Part shown: positions 36,456 to 45,873 of the stretch, in pieces
How the letters are laid out: each line of letters starts with the position of its first letter
How positions within the stretch are numbered: the stretch's first letter is position 1
Source: a virus
Taxonomy: Duplodnaviria > Caudoviricetes
Length of the DNA: 51,753 nucleotides
Virus record (IMG/VR): IMGVR_UViG_3300009095_000018
Coordinates: 1-51,753 of that record
Reading direction: 5' to 3' (one strand)
Program-made: the position numbers and the translations under genes
The notes under the pieces: generated by a model
Database searches by the model: none
What the model was told of the DNA's origin: nothing
What the model saw: the letters and a program-made list of their open reading frames with translations, nothing else

Positions 36456-37832
36456 TTATGCTGCCGATGAAGCTTCATACGTAAAGTGACCCTTGATCGT
36501 TGCACCGCTCACCCATGGGGCGGGAGATATGGCGTCAACATCTCCGGTACTCGCTACGGCGCTTCCGTCAGCGAACCCACTGGAGATTGAGATTCGGAAC
36601 CCGTCGGTAGTGTATGCTTTTGCTCGCCCCATACAGGTCTTGTTGTTGTCGATATGCAGCTCAACGAACCCAAGCGAGGCCGAAGTATCGGTCACGGCGA
36701 CTGGAAGACTGAATTGCCAATTATCGCCAGTCCCGCCGCCACCGAAGTTCGTGGTGGAACCGAAAGTGATTTCAAATCGGACTTCCACCTTTCGCCCGAG
36801 CTTGATGTAGCGGCAACTCGTTGAAGCGTTGCCGAAGGAGGGCGTTGCGGCCCCCGTTTGCGTTGTCCACGTCGGCGTGTATGGGGTCCAGGTTATTGGA
36901 TCGTTCATAAGACGCTGCCACTCCGACCACCCCCCGATGGCATTGCCGGTTCGAAACCACACTTCAGCAGATTCACTATCGCCGTTCGTTTGACCGGTCC
37001 AAGTTTGCTTTGCAAAAGCGGTACCGTCAACGTAGGTTAGGATCTCGCCATATCTCCCATAAGATATCGGTCCGAAGGAAGGATCTTCGGGGGTGAGATA
37101 AATCCTTGACCAACCGTTAGGATATGCAGTGATTTCCGTTTCTATGTCATAAGCGCTTGATGACAAAGTCGCCAAGGTGCTGTACTGAGACCACGCTGTC
37201 CATCCCCCGCCATTTGCGGTTGAATGATACTGCCTGATCCAAGTTTGCGGTGACCCCGTCCCACCGGCAGTCGAGAAGAATATCTGAACGGTTCGGTCGG
37301 TTGCGGCGTTCAGTGTCAGGACTGACCCGATACCTCCGTTGACGGACCATCCCGATCCTGTGCTAAGAGTCATCAGCGATGGTCCAGGAGGATATGCTCC
37401 GGGAAGCGCCAGTTCTGTGTTGGCGTTAGTCGCGAGAACCTGGACCTTGTCGCCCGGAATAGCCGAATATCCCGCAGGCGTCAGTGCTCGGGAGTTGTCA
37501 GTCCCCGCGATCGCTTCTGACGATGTTGCAATCTCTATGAGACCCTTCTTGGTTTCACTCGCGAAAGGTCCTGCAGGGTCATTGGTGTCGAGCCAGACAG
37601 AACCATCAGGGACGGCTCCTGGATCAGTATCCCCCACATAAGTGAATGCATCGACTTTGGAATATGTCGTACCGCTGTCCAATTGCATGCCCGAGACGGC
37701 GCCGACATCGATCGGGGTTCCGTCGTGGCGAGTCAGGATGAGGTGGCCCGCCTCGTTCACCGTACCGGATACGATCGACGTGGCCTCGATTTCGAGCGTT
37801 CGCTCGGCATTTACTACAGTTACCGTAGCCAC
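36456..37832 (-). CDS. tail fibre / receptor-binding-like minor tail protein
   Basis: ASETKKGLIEIAT..E...GTDN.RALTP fibre repeat; W.R....GWTAWS repeats; Y.K.G..V C-terminal head. Confidence 0.7.
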   Translation of the reverse strand: MATVTVVNAERTLEIEATSIVSGTVNEAGHLILTRHDGTPIDVGAVSGMQLDSGTTYSKVDAFTYVGDTDPGAVPDGSVWLDTNDPAGPFASETKKGLIEIATSSEAIAGTDNSRALTPAGYSAIPGDKVQVLATNANTELALPGAYPPGPSLMTLSTGSGWSVNGGIGSVLTLNAATDRTVQIFFSTAGGTGSPQTWIRQYHSTANGGGWTAWSQYSTLATLSSSAYDIETEITAYPNGWSRIYLTPEDPSFGPISYGRYGEILTYVDGTAFAKQTWTGQTNGDSESAEVWFRTGNAIGGWSEWQRLMNDPITWTPYTPTWTTQTGAATPSFGNASTSCRYIKLGRKVEVRFEITFGSTTNFGGGGTGDNWQFSLPVAVTDTSASLGFVELHIDNNKTCMGRAKAYTTDGFRISISSGFADGSAVASTGDVDAISPAPWVSGATIKGHFTYEASSAA

Positions 37833-37845
37833 AGGGCCACCTTTC

Positions 37846-38580
37846 TTAGATCATGGGGTCCCACGCGCCGCCGATACGAGGCTTCGGGGATGCTGTCACC
37901 CATACCCCTCCGATGCGGACCTTCGGCGTTGCCGGAACCCATTTGCCGTCCCATACGACTTTTCTGGTTACGAAGGTTTCGTTTTCATTTGCCCAGAAGG
38001 ACGCATCATCGAAATTTGCTACAAGATCTGGGGTTGAGCCATCCCAGACACCCGCCATAAAAACGAGACCGACGTTCGCTTTGTTGAGAGTTCCGCCCAC
38101 CGTGCAATGAGCCATCTCGTTCCACGACAGTCCGTCGGTAGAGTTGTACATGCGTAGAATATCGTCCGAACCCAGATTTCCAATCCCCCACCAGGTTCCT
38201 GGAACCCAACCCCCTCCAACGCCAACTGTGGTGTCGAGAACCACTTCATTACTGAAAGTAGTCGCACCACCGACCTGGAAGGTTATGTAGGGGTCGTTAC
38301 CTCCCCCAAGTGCTGAGATATGATTCCCAGAGAAGTCGTGGGCACCAATATAGAACTCAGTATTTGGGGACCTCGTTCCAGTGACGGAAAGCTTGGCAGC
38401 AAGTATCCCCTGTGAGAGGTTGAATAGCTGACGACCCTCAATTCTTGGGTAGTCAGCGATACACGAAAGGTTCAGAGTCCCGTCTGTTTGCGAATATCCA
38501 GGACCTTGAGCAACGGTCCACTTCGAGGGGTCGAGTTCCATGCCATCGAAGTTATCGATGAGTGTTTGGACGTATACCAC
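37846..38580 (-). CDS. minor tail protein, lectin-like beta-sandwich candidate
   Basis: DNFDG..LDPSKW start; C-terminal KV..GG.WV repeats also found in 27134..28120. Confidence 0.55.
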   Translation of the reverse strand: MVYVQTLIDNFDGMELDPSKWTVAQGPGYSQTDGTLNLSCIADYPRIEGRQLFNLSQGILAAKLSVTGTRSPNTEFYIGAHDFSGNHISALGGGNDPYITFQVGGATTFSNEVVLDTTVGVGGGWVPGTWWGIGNLGSDDILRMYNSTDGLSWNEMAHCTVGGTLNKANVGLVFMAGVWDGSTPDLVANFDDASFWANENETFVTRKVVWDGKWVPATPKVRIGGVWVTASPKPRIGGAWDPMI

Positions 38581-38589
38581 CAGACCTCC

Positions 38590-39378
38590 TTAACCGTCAC
38601 TGATGGTGTAAGTTACCGGATCAACCTGAACCACGGTCGGCCAGTCGAATTGAAGGTAAATATCGCTCAGATTCGTGATGGCTTCATCGGGACCGGATAC
38701 GGTGAATGTCCTATCGCCGTTGTCGGTTACTACGAAGACGAAGAATCGGTCGTAGAATGCAACCAGTTCTTGGAAGGTCGGGAGACGAGGCAAATTTTCG
38801 TCGTCCCCGTAAAGAGCGTCCTCGATCAGTTTCAGGACATTGGAATCCGTTGTTCTGGAATCGATCTCGACATGGGAGGTCCTCTTGTACCCGGTCTCGA
38901 CCGGCGGTCGCGTTGTTATTCTCCAACTGAATTCAGTTGGCTCGGGAGAGTCGCTGAACGAAGAATATGACCTCTCGGAGGGTTCTGCTAGAGCGTTATA
39001 GACGATGTGAATCTTGTAGCCGAGGTCGTTGTTGAGGTCGCTACCAACCATGGTTCGGTAGGAAAATCCGAACAACTTTCGGCGCTGCTGAGTGAGTTTG
39101 AGTCCCGAACGAACTTCACTCGTTCCATCGCACTGAGCGAACAGATCAGGATATGTGAAGGCATTGATGGTGGCTCCGAATTCCTCGGCAGCGGAGACAA
39201 GCAGGTACTTCTGACCGTCGAGATAGTACGACTTAGAGCCACCTCCAATCGGGCTCATGTCAACAGATATGAGACCCGTCCAGGCTACCCCGGCATTTCC
39301 GTCGACATAAAGAACTCCTCGGTCCACGCCTGCTTCGTAGCGCCGAGATCCCGAAGTACCCCATTCGAGTCTCGCCAT
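38590..39378 (-). CDS. second major-tail-protein paralog
   Basis: W..SG.R.YE.GVDRGVLY, AW.GL, EEFG.TI.AFTYPD.F.QCDG, GYK.H.VY.ALA.PSE shared with 39959..40843. Confidence 0.8.
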   Translation of the reverse strand: MARLEWGTSGSRRYEAGVDRGVLYVDGNAGVAWTGLISVDMSPIGGGSKSYYLDGQKYLLVSAAEEFGATINAFTYPDLFAQCDGTSEVRSGLKLTQQRRKLFGFSYRTMVGSDLNNDLGYKIHIVYNALAEPSERSYSSFSDSPEPTEFSWRITTRPPVETGYKRTSHVEIDSRTTDSNVLKLIEDALYGDDENLPRLPTFQELVAFYDRFFVFVVTDNGDRTFTVSGPDEAITNLSDIYLQFDWPTVVQVDPVTYTISDG

Positions 39379-39391
39379 TAGATCCCTCCTT

Positions 39392-39931
39392 TCATCCGCT
39401 GGACCCGAGCTGAGATCGTCTCTGAGCGTTCAGACTCCGTCGCTGAGCAAGCATCTCGGCTCGGGTCATCTTCTTGGGCGGCGTGTTCTTTTCATTACAA
39501 ACACGAATGAGGGTAAGTAGTCGATTCAAATGCCAATGTTGGCACTCAAACGGAATATTCAAACTGATCATCCAATAGTAGATCAGTTCTGCGGTGACAA
39601 CTTCCCGGTTTCTCTTCTGAGTTCGTTCCGTAAACCACGTAGCGGTCATCTTTGCGGCGATGTAGTTATTGATGGTTTCGATGTTCTTCTCGGAGAGGTT
39701 CTTGAAAATATCCGGAGGAACGTTCGGTGTTAGCGTCATCGCCTGGATGTACCAGAACGCTTCTTCTGGAGTCTTCTCCTCTTTTCCGAGGAATGGCTTT
39801 TCGAAGAATGACTCCCATTTTGACACAGAAACCAGAGAGTGTTCCATTTCGAGAACATGGGACTTAGACACAACGAACTTCTGAGCGGTTTCGTCGTAGC
39901 CTTCTTCCAACGGGACTTCGATGCTGAGCAC
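39392..39931 (-). CDS. putative tail assembly chaperone
   Basis: Position after major tail gene; LEHSL..SKWE and ELIYYWM...W.LNRLLTLI blocks. Confidence 0.55.
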   Translation of the reverse strand: MLSIEVPLEEGYDETAQKFVVSKSHVLEMEHSLVSVSKWESFFEKPFLGKEEKTPEEAFWYIQAMTLTPNVPPDIFKNLSEKNIETINNYIAAKMTATWFTERTQKRNREVVTAELIYYWMISLNIPFECQHWHLNRLLTLIRVCNEKNTPPKKMTRAEMLAQRRSLNAQRRSQLGSSG

Positions 39932-39958
39932 TCTCTGGTCTCCTTCCTTCGGGTCGAC

Positions 39959-40843
39959 TTAGAAGTCGCCGATGAGCCAGTCGTTATCGGCGTTGGGCGG
40001 GAACTTGTAGCCCTTGTTCGGGCGGGCGGTGATGAGTACGTTCTCGGTGAGGACGACCGGTCCGGGCGCGAGTTCCGTATCGCCGTCGTAGTAGGTAACA
40101 CCGGCGATGCTTGGGATCGTCATGGTGTTGGTGGTGTCGTCGTAGTCCGGCTCAGTCGGGGTGACTACGAGAACCGTTCCCGTGAAGATGGCGATGACCT
40201 CCTCCGGATCGGGGAGCCTCGGGTCGGACCCCTCGGTTCCGTACAGGAACTCCTCGAGGGTGCTCAGAGCATCGGCGTCCACCTTGGTGGAATCGATCAC
40301 CAGAGTGGCCGTCGGCTTGTAGTCGACACCGGCGATCTGCCCAACCTCGACCGGGGTGGTCGTGAACTCCCAAGAGAACGTGATGGCCTCGGGCGAGTCG
40401 TTGACAGTGGCGTAAGCCTTCTCCGACGGAGCGGCGAGAGCCCCGTAAACAAGGTGCAGCTTGTAGCCGTAGTCCTGACCATCCAGGTCGTTGCCGAGCT
40501 TGGTGCGGTAGGACAGACTGAAGATCTTGCGGGACTGCTGCCCGACGAGGACGCCCGGAGTGGGTGCGGCGGTGCCGTCGCACTGACCGAACTCGTCAGG
40601 GTACGTGAAGGCCTCGATCGTACCGCCGAACTCCTCGGTTGAGATTAGGTTCAGGTACTTGATGTTGTCCGCATACTGCGGGTTGGATTCGGCACCTGAC
40701 GGCGACTCGGTGACAGCGGTAAGGCCGTTCCACGCGTAGCCGTTGACGTAGTTGCCCTGGCTGTTGGGAATATAGAGGACACCACGGTCGACACCGGTCT
40801 CGTAGTACCGCTCGCCGCTCTTGTCCCAGGTGAGCTGGGTCAT
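39959..40843 (-). CDS. major tail protein
   Basis: AWNGLTAVTESPSGAE...YADNIKY siphovirus tail-tube motif; C-terminal Ig-like extension. Confidence 0.85.
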   Translation of the reverse strand: MTQLTWDKSGERYYETGVDRGVLYIPNSQGNYVNGYAWNGLTAVTESPSGAESNPQYADNIKYLNLISTEEFGGTIEAFTYPDEFGQCDGTAAPTPGVLVGQQSRKIFSLSYRTKLGNDLDGQDYGYKLHLVYGALAAPSEKAYATVNDSPEAITFSWEFTTTPVEVGQIAGVDYKPTATLVIDSTKVDADALSTLEEFLYGTEGSDPRLPDPEEVIAIFTGTVLVVTPTEPDYDDTTNTMTIPSIAGVTYYDGDTELAPGPVVLTENVLITARPNKGYKFPPNADNDWLIGDF

Positions 40844-40859
40844 TCTTGGAGACTCCCTC

Positions 40860-41183
40860 TCAGAAGTACAGATTGAAGATGTAGTGATGGAGGTTGTCCG
40901 CCGTGAATATGCGATTCAGGTTGGACAACGGAATCAGAGCGATCTTGTCCGGGACGTCCCAATCCGGACTCCGGGATATCGCCGTGACCTGGTATCGCTT
41001 GACGTAGCTGTAGGGTTTGTTGCCCGCGAACTCAACGCTTGCGTTGTCCTGGGCGTAGACGATGCAGGGGTACTGCATCTGGACATTGGAAGGGGGCTGG
41101 AAATATACGTACCCGCTACCCAGCACCCCTTCCAGGAGTGTCTGTAGCTCAAGGCGTTTCGGATCTGGGGCCGTTGTAGACAC
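40860..41183 (-). CDS. tail terminator
   Basis: VYFQPP....YPCIVY, Y.VT.I...PD; position. Confidence 0.7.
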   Translation of the reverse strand: MSTTAPDPKRLELQTLLEGVLGSGYVYFQPPSNVQMQYPCIVYAQDNASVEFAGNKPYSYVKRYQVTAISRSPDWDVPDKIALIPLSNLNRIFTADNLHHYIFNLYF

Positions 41184-41478
41184 CCCCTAGCCTCAGGAGA
41201 AGGCGGGGGCTCTGCACTTCGACCTCCGAAACGGCCCACAGAGTCCCCGCCCACTCGACATAGCGAATGGTAAAGAAATGCTCGTTCGCGTAAGCGTCGG
41301 CAACCACACTTATGGAGTTGCTCACCGAGAGGTCGTTATTGACGCTCTCACCTTCCCTGAACTTCAACGAGTTCCGGACCACATCCCCAAAATATGAGAA
41401 CTCGGTGATCTTGTCTTCGTGCACGCCAGGGGAGGTTTCAACAGTTACGCCGTATCCCACCTTTCCATAGAATCTCAT
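41149..41478 (-). CDS. head-to-tail stopper
   Basis: ISVVAD.YA..HF..IRYVEW.G..W.V..VEV..PRL; position after capsid. Confidence 0.7.
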   Translation of the reverse strand: MRFYGKVGYGVTVETSPGVHEDKITEFSYFGDVVRNSLKFREGESVNNDLSVSNSISVVADAYANEHFFTIRYVEWAGTLWAVSEVEVQSPRLLLRLGGVYNGPRSETP

Positions 41479-41496
41479 TTTGACGGGTTAGCCCTG

Positions 41497-43509
41497 TCAG
41501 GCGGACTTGCGCTTGAACGACCAGGAGTCCTCCGCCGTGTTGGCGAAGTAGTAGCCATCCTTGGCGACCGCGTAAACGGTCATGGATGCACCGGCTGCCA
41601 GAGCGGTCTGGTCGCCTGCGATAAGCGCGGAGCCCTCGCTGTCCTGGTACTCCACGCCAGTGACCGTCGGGATGGTGATAACGCCGGTGGTCGAGTTGAA
41701 CGTCGGCTGGACCGGCTCGACGAGGGTGTCGGACGAAGCCACCTTCTTGATGACCAGGGCCGACTTCGGACGGATGAGAGCGCCCGATGCGCGGGTCTCC
41801 ATCAGGTACTTGTACTGGTTGTAGTCGATGTCGAAGTCGTCGAACATGGTGATCTCGCCACCGCGGTCGGTTCCGACGTTGTAGTCTGCCAGGTTGACAA
41901 TGATGCCAACCAGGTCGGCGACCTCCTTCATCGGCTCAACGGTGACAATCTTGTCGACCCCCAGTGCATCCGCGACCTCGCCCCGGTTCTTGTAGAGCCG
42001 CTGACCATTCAGGTCCCGGGCCTGCAGGAACTTGTTGAGCTCGGGGATGGTAGTGAAGAAGGTCGGGGTGCCGGTTCCCTTGTAGTACTCCATGCCGTCC
42101 ATGACCCCGTCCACCACAACCTCGTAGCCCAGGTCATTGTTGACGGCGTTCGGGTTGACGAACAGCGTGGTGACGAACAGTTCGTGATCGTTGAGGATCG
42201 ACCGGATGCCGGAGCCGCTGGAGGCGCCCATCGGGTCCTTGACCTTGTCCTCGTCGGCAATGTCTCGACCGTCACCGATGAGGACCGCACGAGCGAACTC
42301 CTCCTCGGTCATCAGACGCATCTCGCCCTTGAGGAAGGCGACCATTTCGAAGTCGGTGATGTCAAGAAGGTCGTCGCGGTCGAGCTTCTGCTTCTTGTAG
42401 ATCGTAGTGGGGTCGGTCGTCCGCTTGGTGACACCGAACCACTCTTCGCGCTTGTAGTTCCCCTTGATGTAGCCCTTGGCTCGAGCATCGTCCTGGGTCA
42501 GGTCAGCGGCGAAGGTCTTAATCCTGGAGAACGGAGTGTGCCGAGTACCGTTGAGGACGGTCTTAACCCACTCGGTCCGACGCTTGTCGAGCTCGATGAC
42601 GCCAGTCGCGGCCTTGGCGTCCGGGAAGAGAATATCGATGGACTCGACTCCGTGCTGGAGATTGTCCTTGGCGTACTGCTCGACGGCCGCCTTAAGGGAG
42701 CCTCGCTTCTCGGCATCCGTGAAAATACCCTTGAGGGCGTCGTGTGAGAGCTCGTGCTTGGCACGGCCCTGGTCGTCAGTGGTGGTCTGGTCGAAGACGT
42801 TGCGCGACATGTGGCTGCCGAATCCTTCCTGGTGGGTGAGGTCGCCGCCGTTGGCGGAGTTGTAGGAGTGCTTAGCGGATTTCGCTGCTGCCTCCTTGGT
42901 TGCGTCTTCCAGAGCGACGCCGATCAGGTAGTTAACGACGTTGCGCTGCTCTTCGTCGAGAGTCTCGTAGACTTCGTTGATAGTGAGCTCATCATCGTCT
43001 TCGTGCTGCAGTTCATTGTCGGTCTCGAGGGCATTGCCCGCGTGATCGATCTCGATTCCGGTGTGGATGACCGCCTCGTCTTCCAGTTCCTCGATGTCAC
43101 CGTCGGAGTGCTGGATATTGACGAAGTCGATCTTGGCGCCGGGATTCGCACCAGCGAGGACAAGGCTGACTTCACGGATGACTCCGTGGAGGACCTCCTT
43201 ACCCTTCTCCACCAGGTTGTTGGCGTAGATGGACAGATGCTTAATATCGCCGTGCTCAACGAGACTGCGGGCATTCCTGCCCTGCTCCGTGTCGTTGAAG
43301 AACGCGTAGGCGTAGACTCCCTCGTCGCGGTGCTCGAGGACCGCGTGGCCGAGGACATTCTTAGCGTCGCTGTGGCCGTGCTGCCAGACCAGAGGAACCT
43401 GATGGTGGTGCATCTTCTCGAATGCACCTCGCATGATGGTCCGACCGTCGGAGCACCTGAGGCCAGCCTTGGTGGCCCAGCCGCCGAAGTCAGCTTCGAT
43501 TACTGCCAT
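41497..43509 (-). CDS. capsid maturation protease-major capsid fusion (670 aa from MAVIEADF)
   Basis: HK97-type protease (DGRTI, VPLVWQH, LSIYA, EVSLV..GANPGA), acidic linker, HK97-fold capsid, C-terminal Ig-like domain; AGGAGGGAG RBS. Confidence 0.85.
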   Translation of the reverse strand: MAVIEADFGGWATKAGLRCSDGRTIMRGAFEKMHHHQVPLVWQHGHSDAKNVLGHAVLEHRDEGVYAYAFFNDTEQGRNARSLVEHGDIKHLSIYANNLVEKGKEVLHGVIREVSLVLAGANPGAKIDFVNIQHSDGDIEELEDEAVIHTGIEIDHAGNALETDNELQHEDDDELTINEVYETLDEEQRNVVNYLIGVALEDATKEAAAKSAKHSYNSANGGDLTHQEGFGSHMSRNVFDQTTTDDQGRAKHELSHDALKGIFTDAEKRGSLKAAVEQYAKDNLQHGVESIDILFPDAKAATGVIELDKRRTEWVKTVLNGTRHTPFSRIKTFAADLTQDDARAKGYIKGNYKREEWFGVTKRTTDPTTIYKKQKLDRDDLLDITDFEMVAFLKGEMRLMTEEEFARAVLIGDGRDIADEDKVKDPMGASSGSGIRSILNDHELFVTTLFVNPNAVNNDLGYEVVVDGVMDGMEYYKGTGTPTFFTTIPELNKFLQARDLNGQRLYKNRGEVADALGVDKIVTVEPMKEVADLVGIIVNLADYNVGTDRGGEITMFDDFDIDYNQYKYLMETRASGALIRPKSALVIKKVASSDTLVEPVQPTFNSTTGVITIPTVTGVEYQDSEGSALIAGDQTALAAGASMTVYAVAKDGYYFANTAEDSWSFKRKSA

Positions 43510-43525
43510 TTTGACTGTCTCCCTC

Positions 43526-44806
43526 CTACTTCCTGAAGTTGGGTGTTGTCGACTCCGACGGAGTCGTTGTGGTTGGTTCCGGCATCGGAGATTCGGGTCC
43601 TCCGGGTTGCGGCATGTTGCTGTTGACGAGCTGATCCGCCTTCGGGTCCTTGGACGGCCTGAAGCCGATACCTTGTCGGACCTCATTAGCGGTAAGAATC
43701 TCGTTGCGCGTGAACTTATCGGCGATCTCGGCGACCTGCTCCATCGGGACGAGCTTGAACGGGTCGCGGAAGTACATGATCGATTGCTTCTGAGATCGGG
43801 CCGTCTTCGTCAGGAAGGTCTTCTTCATGGACTCCGAGATCGCCTGGACGACGGGCTCGATAGTACGATTGAAGTAGTTCAGCATGGCCTTCTCGTCGGC
43901 CGTACCGTTCATTACCTCCTCGGTGAGACCGAGCTGGGCGTATAGAATCCCAGTGAGGTACTCGATCTGCTTGAGGAGATTGTTCTCAACCGGCCGGTTG
44001 AGCTGCGTGATCTTCTCGGTGCCGTCGGTGTAAGCGATGCCGTACTTACTGCCCTTGAGCTGATACTCAATATCCTTCCGACGCTGTTCAGCTTGCTGCC
44101 GCCGGGCTTCGGACTTGATCACGTAAGGAAGCTGGATGATCATATCGAGTTTGCCGGAACTCGACTGCTCGTCCACTGAGTCCAGCATGTTAAGCTTGTG
44201 GATGAGTCGCTTTAGTGTCGAGTTCGGTTCATTCATGACCGAATATAGGGGATTCTCGACGACCGCAGCGTACTTCTTCTCAACCGTGACCTGCTTCCGC
44301 TGCCCAACTCGATCGTCGTAGAGATTCACGGTTATGTGCCTTGGGTGCCACGCAGCAATATCGCCTACCCGAAGACTCTTGATGTTGTACCCAGCCGACT
44401 CAGCGGGATTAATGTCCGTCTCGACAGGAACGATCGCCGCCGTTCCATGCTCGAAGAGCGTCATTGCAATATCCTGACGGAACTGCCTAGCGCCCTGATC
44501 GATGTTGGGCTCGACCTGCAGACAATCCTGAAGTCCACTGTCCATGTCCTCGAGGTAACGCCCCTCGTCGTCGGTTCGGACGTGCCGAATATCGACACCG
44601 GCGACGTCGATCCCGAGCCTGGTGTAGATCGACGAGATGATGGAGCGTTCGTTGGAATATGAGGACCGACTACGACTCATCGGAGCGTAGTAGTACCCAG
44701 TACTCTCATGCCCTCCGAAAGAACGGACTCCAGTGTAGTTGTCGTCGAGAAAGACGTTCCAACCGTGCTTGAGAGTCCTCTTTACTCGTGAAAGCAAACC
44801 TGCCAT
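43526..44806 (-). CDS. portal protein
   Basis: HK97-like portal features (EPN..Q, G.A.IVP, ILTANEVR..IG..P....AD.L); between terminase and capsid. Confidence 0.85.
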   Translation of the reverse strand: MAGLLSRVKRTLKHGWNVFLDDNYTGVRSFGGHESTGYYYAPMSRSRSSYSNERSIISSIYTRLGIDVAGVDIRHVRTDDEGRYLEDMDSGLQDCLQVEPNIDQGARQFRQDIAMTLFEHGTAAIVPVETDINPAESAGYNIKSLRVGDIAAWHPRHITVNLYDDRVGQRKQVTVEKKYAAVVENPLYSVMNEPNSTLKRLIHKLNMLDSVDEQSSSGKLDMIIQLPYVIKSEARRQQAEQRRKDIEYQLKGSKYGIAYTDGTEKITQLNRPVENNLLKQIEYLTGILYAQLGLTEEVMNGTADEKAMLNYFNRTIEPVVQAISESMKKTFLTKTARSQKQSIMYFRDPFKLVPMEQVAEIADKFTRNEILTANEVRQGIGFRPSKDPKADQLVNSNMPQPGGPESPMPEPTTTTPSESTTPNFRK

Positions 44807-44850
44807 TGGTCACCTCCTTCCTGAAATATGGCCCGGTTAGTAGAGCTCGG

Positions 44851-45843
44851 TCATCGCTTCAGCTCGTGATCGGTCCTCTTGTTGGCGGCGCCGACGAGAC
44901 TGTAGACGTTCGCCGAACCGTAGGCCTTGAGGATGTCCGAGACTTTGGCCTTACCGGTGGCCAGACGCTCTTCTTCGTCACGAAGTGCCTTTGCTCGATC
45001 GGCCGCGTGCTTCTTGACGCCGTCCTTCTGGACGAGCTTGGAGAAGGGGGTGTTGAGTGCAGCGACGGTCTTCTGCAGCTTCGTACCCTCACCCTTGGCG
45101 ATGGTCTCCTGTCGGGTGGCTCGGACGTTGAGGTCGCCGGTCCGAGCCTTTCGGACGCCCCACTTCATGCCCTTGACGCCGTAGTGCTTGATCTCGTCCG
45201 ACTTTTCACCTCCGAGTTCGCGTCTCATGTTGGTAAGTCCTCCCCATACAGGATCGTAGGCCTTCATCTCGGGAGGTGTGTACACCTCCTTGAATCCGAG
45301 CTTTTCGTAGATGTGGCGAGCGTCGGGGGCGTTGCCCGGAACCTCCAACGTCACAGCCTTGAACTTCTTGTTCTTGGCGTGCTGGATGGCCGACTTCATG
45401 ACCGCCGTAGCGTAGCCCTTACCGCGAGCGCTTTTGTCGATTCCGACCCACACAACGTTCAACGCTTTGGGGTCGTGGTCGTCTCGACGGAGTTGCAGAT
45501 TCCCGACCTTCTTGCCGTTCTTGTCGCGGATCTTGAAGGAGGATCGATCGTTGTACTCGTCGATCTTGCTGGGGTTCCGCCTCGCCATAAACTCCAGCAA
45601 CTTACCGCTGGGCCGACCTTCCAGGGTGATCGTGTCCCCGTTCTTCAGCGTCACGACGCTGTCGGGGTCCTTCTTCTTCAGAGTGTTCCCCGTCGGGGAA
45701 ACCGGAGGATCGCTCTTACGGACGCCCCACTTCATACCCTTGACGCCGTAGTGCATCAGTTCTTCGACCTCTTCGGAGATGTACTCGTCCAAGAGATCGA
45801 TCAGACCGTCGTACAGATCCTCCACCTCGAGATCTTCTGCCAT
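44851..45843 (-). CDS. GNAT acetyltransferase domain protein with two HYGVKGMKWGVRK motifs
   Basis: VGIDKSARGKGYATAVM acetyl-CoA motif A, LEV..N..A..IYEKLGF; HYG motifs at 45718-45753 and 45151-45186. Confidence 0.8.
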   Translation of the reverse strand: MAEDLEVEDLYDGLIDLLDEYISEEVEELMHYGVKGMKWGVRKSDPPVSPTGNTLKKKDPDSVVTLKNGDTITLEGRPSGKLLEFMARRNPSKIDEYNDRSSFKIRDKNGKKVGNLQLRRDDHDPKALNVVWVGIDKSARGKGYATAVMKSAIQHAKNKKFKAVTLEVPGNAPDARHIYEKLGFKEVYTPPEMKAYDPVWGGLTNMRRELGGEKSDEIKHYGVKGMKWGVRKARTGDLNVRATRQETIAKGEGTKLQKTVAALNTPFSKLVQKDGVKKHAADRAKALRDEEERLATGKAKVSDILKAYGSANVYSLVGAANKRTDHELKR

Positions 45844-45873
45844 TTTGACACACCTCCCTTCGAGGCCTTTTGT

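Noticed and set aside
39736-40101. Possible programmed frameshift product linking the major tail gene and the chaperone
   Set aside because: No convincing slippery heptamer seen; the alternative frame is Ser/Arg-rich noise
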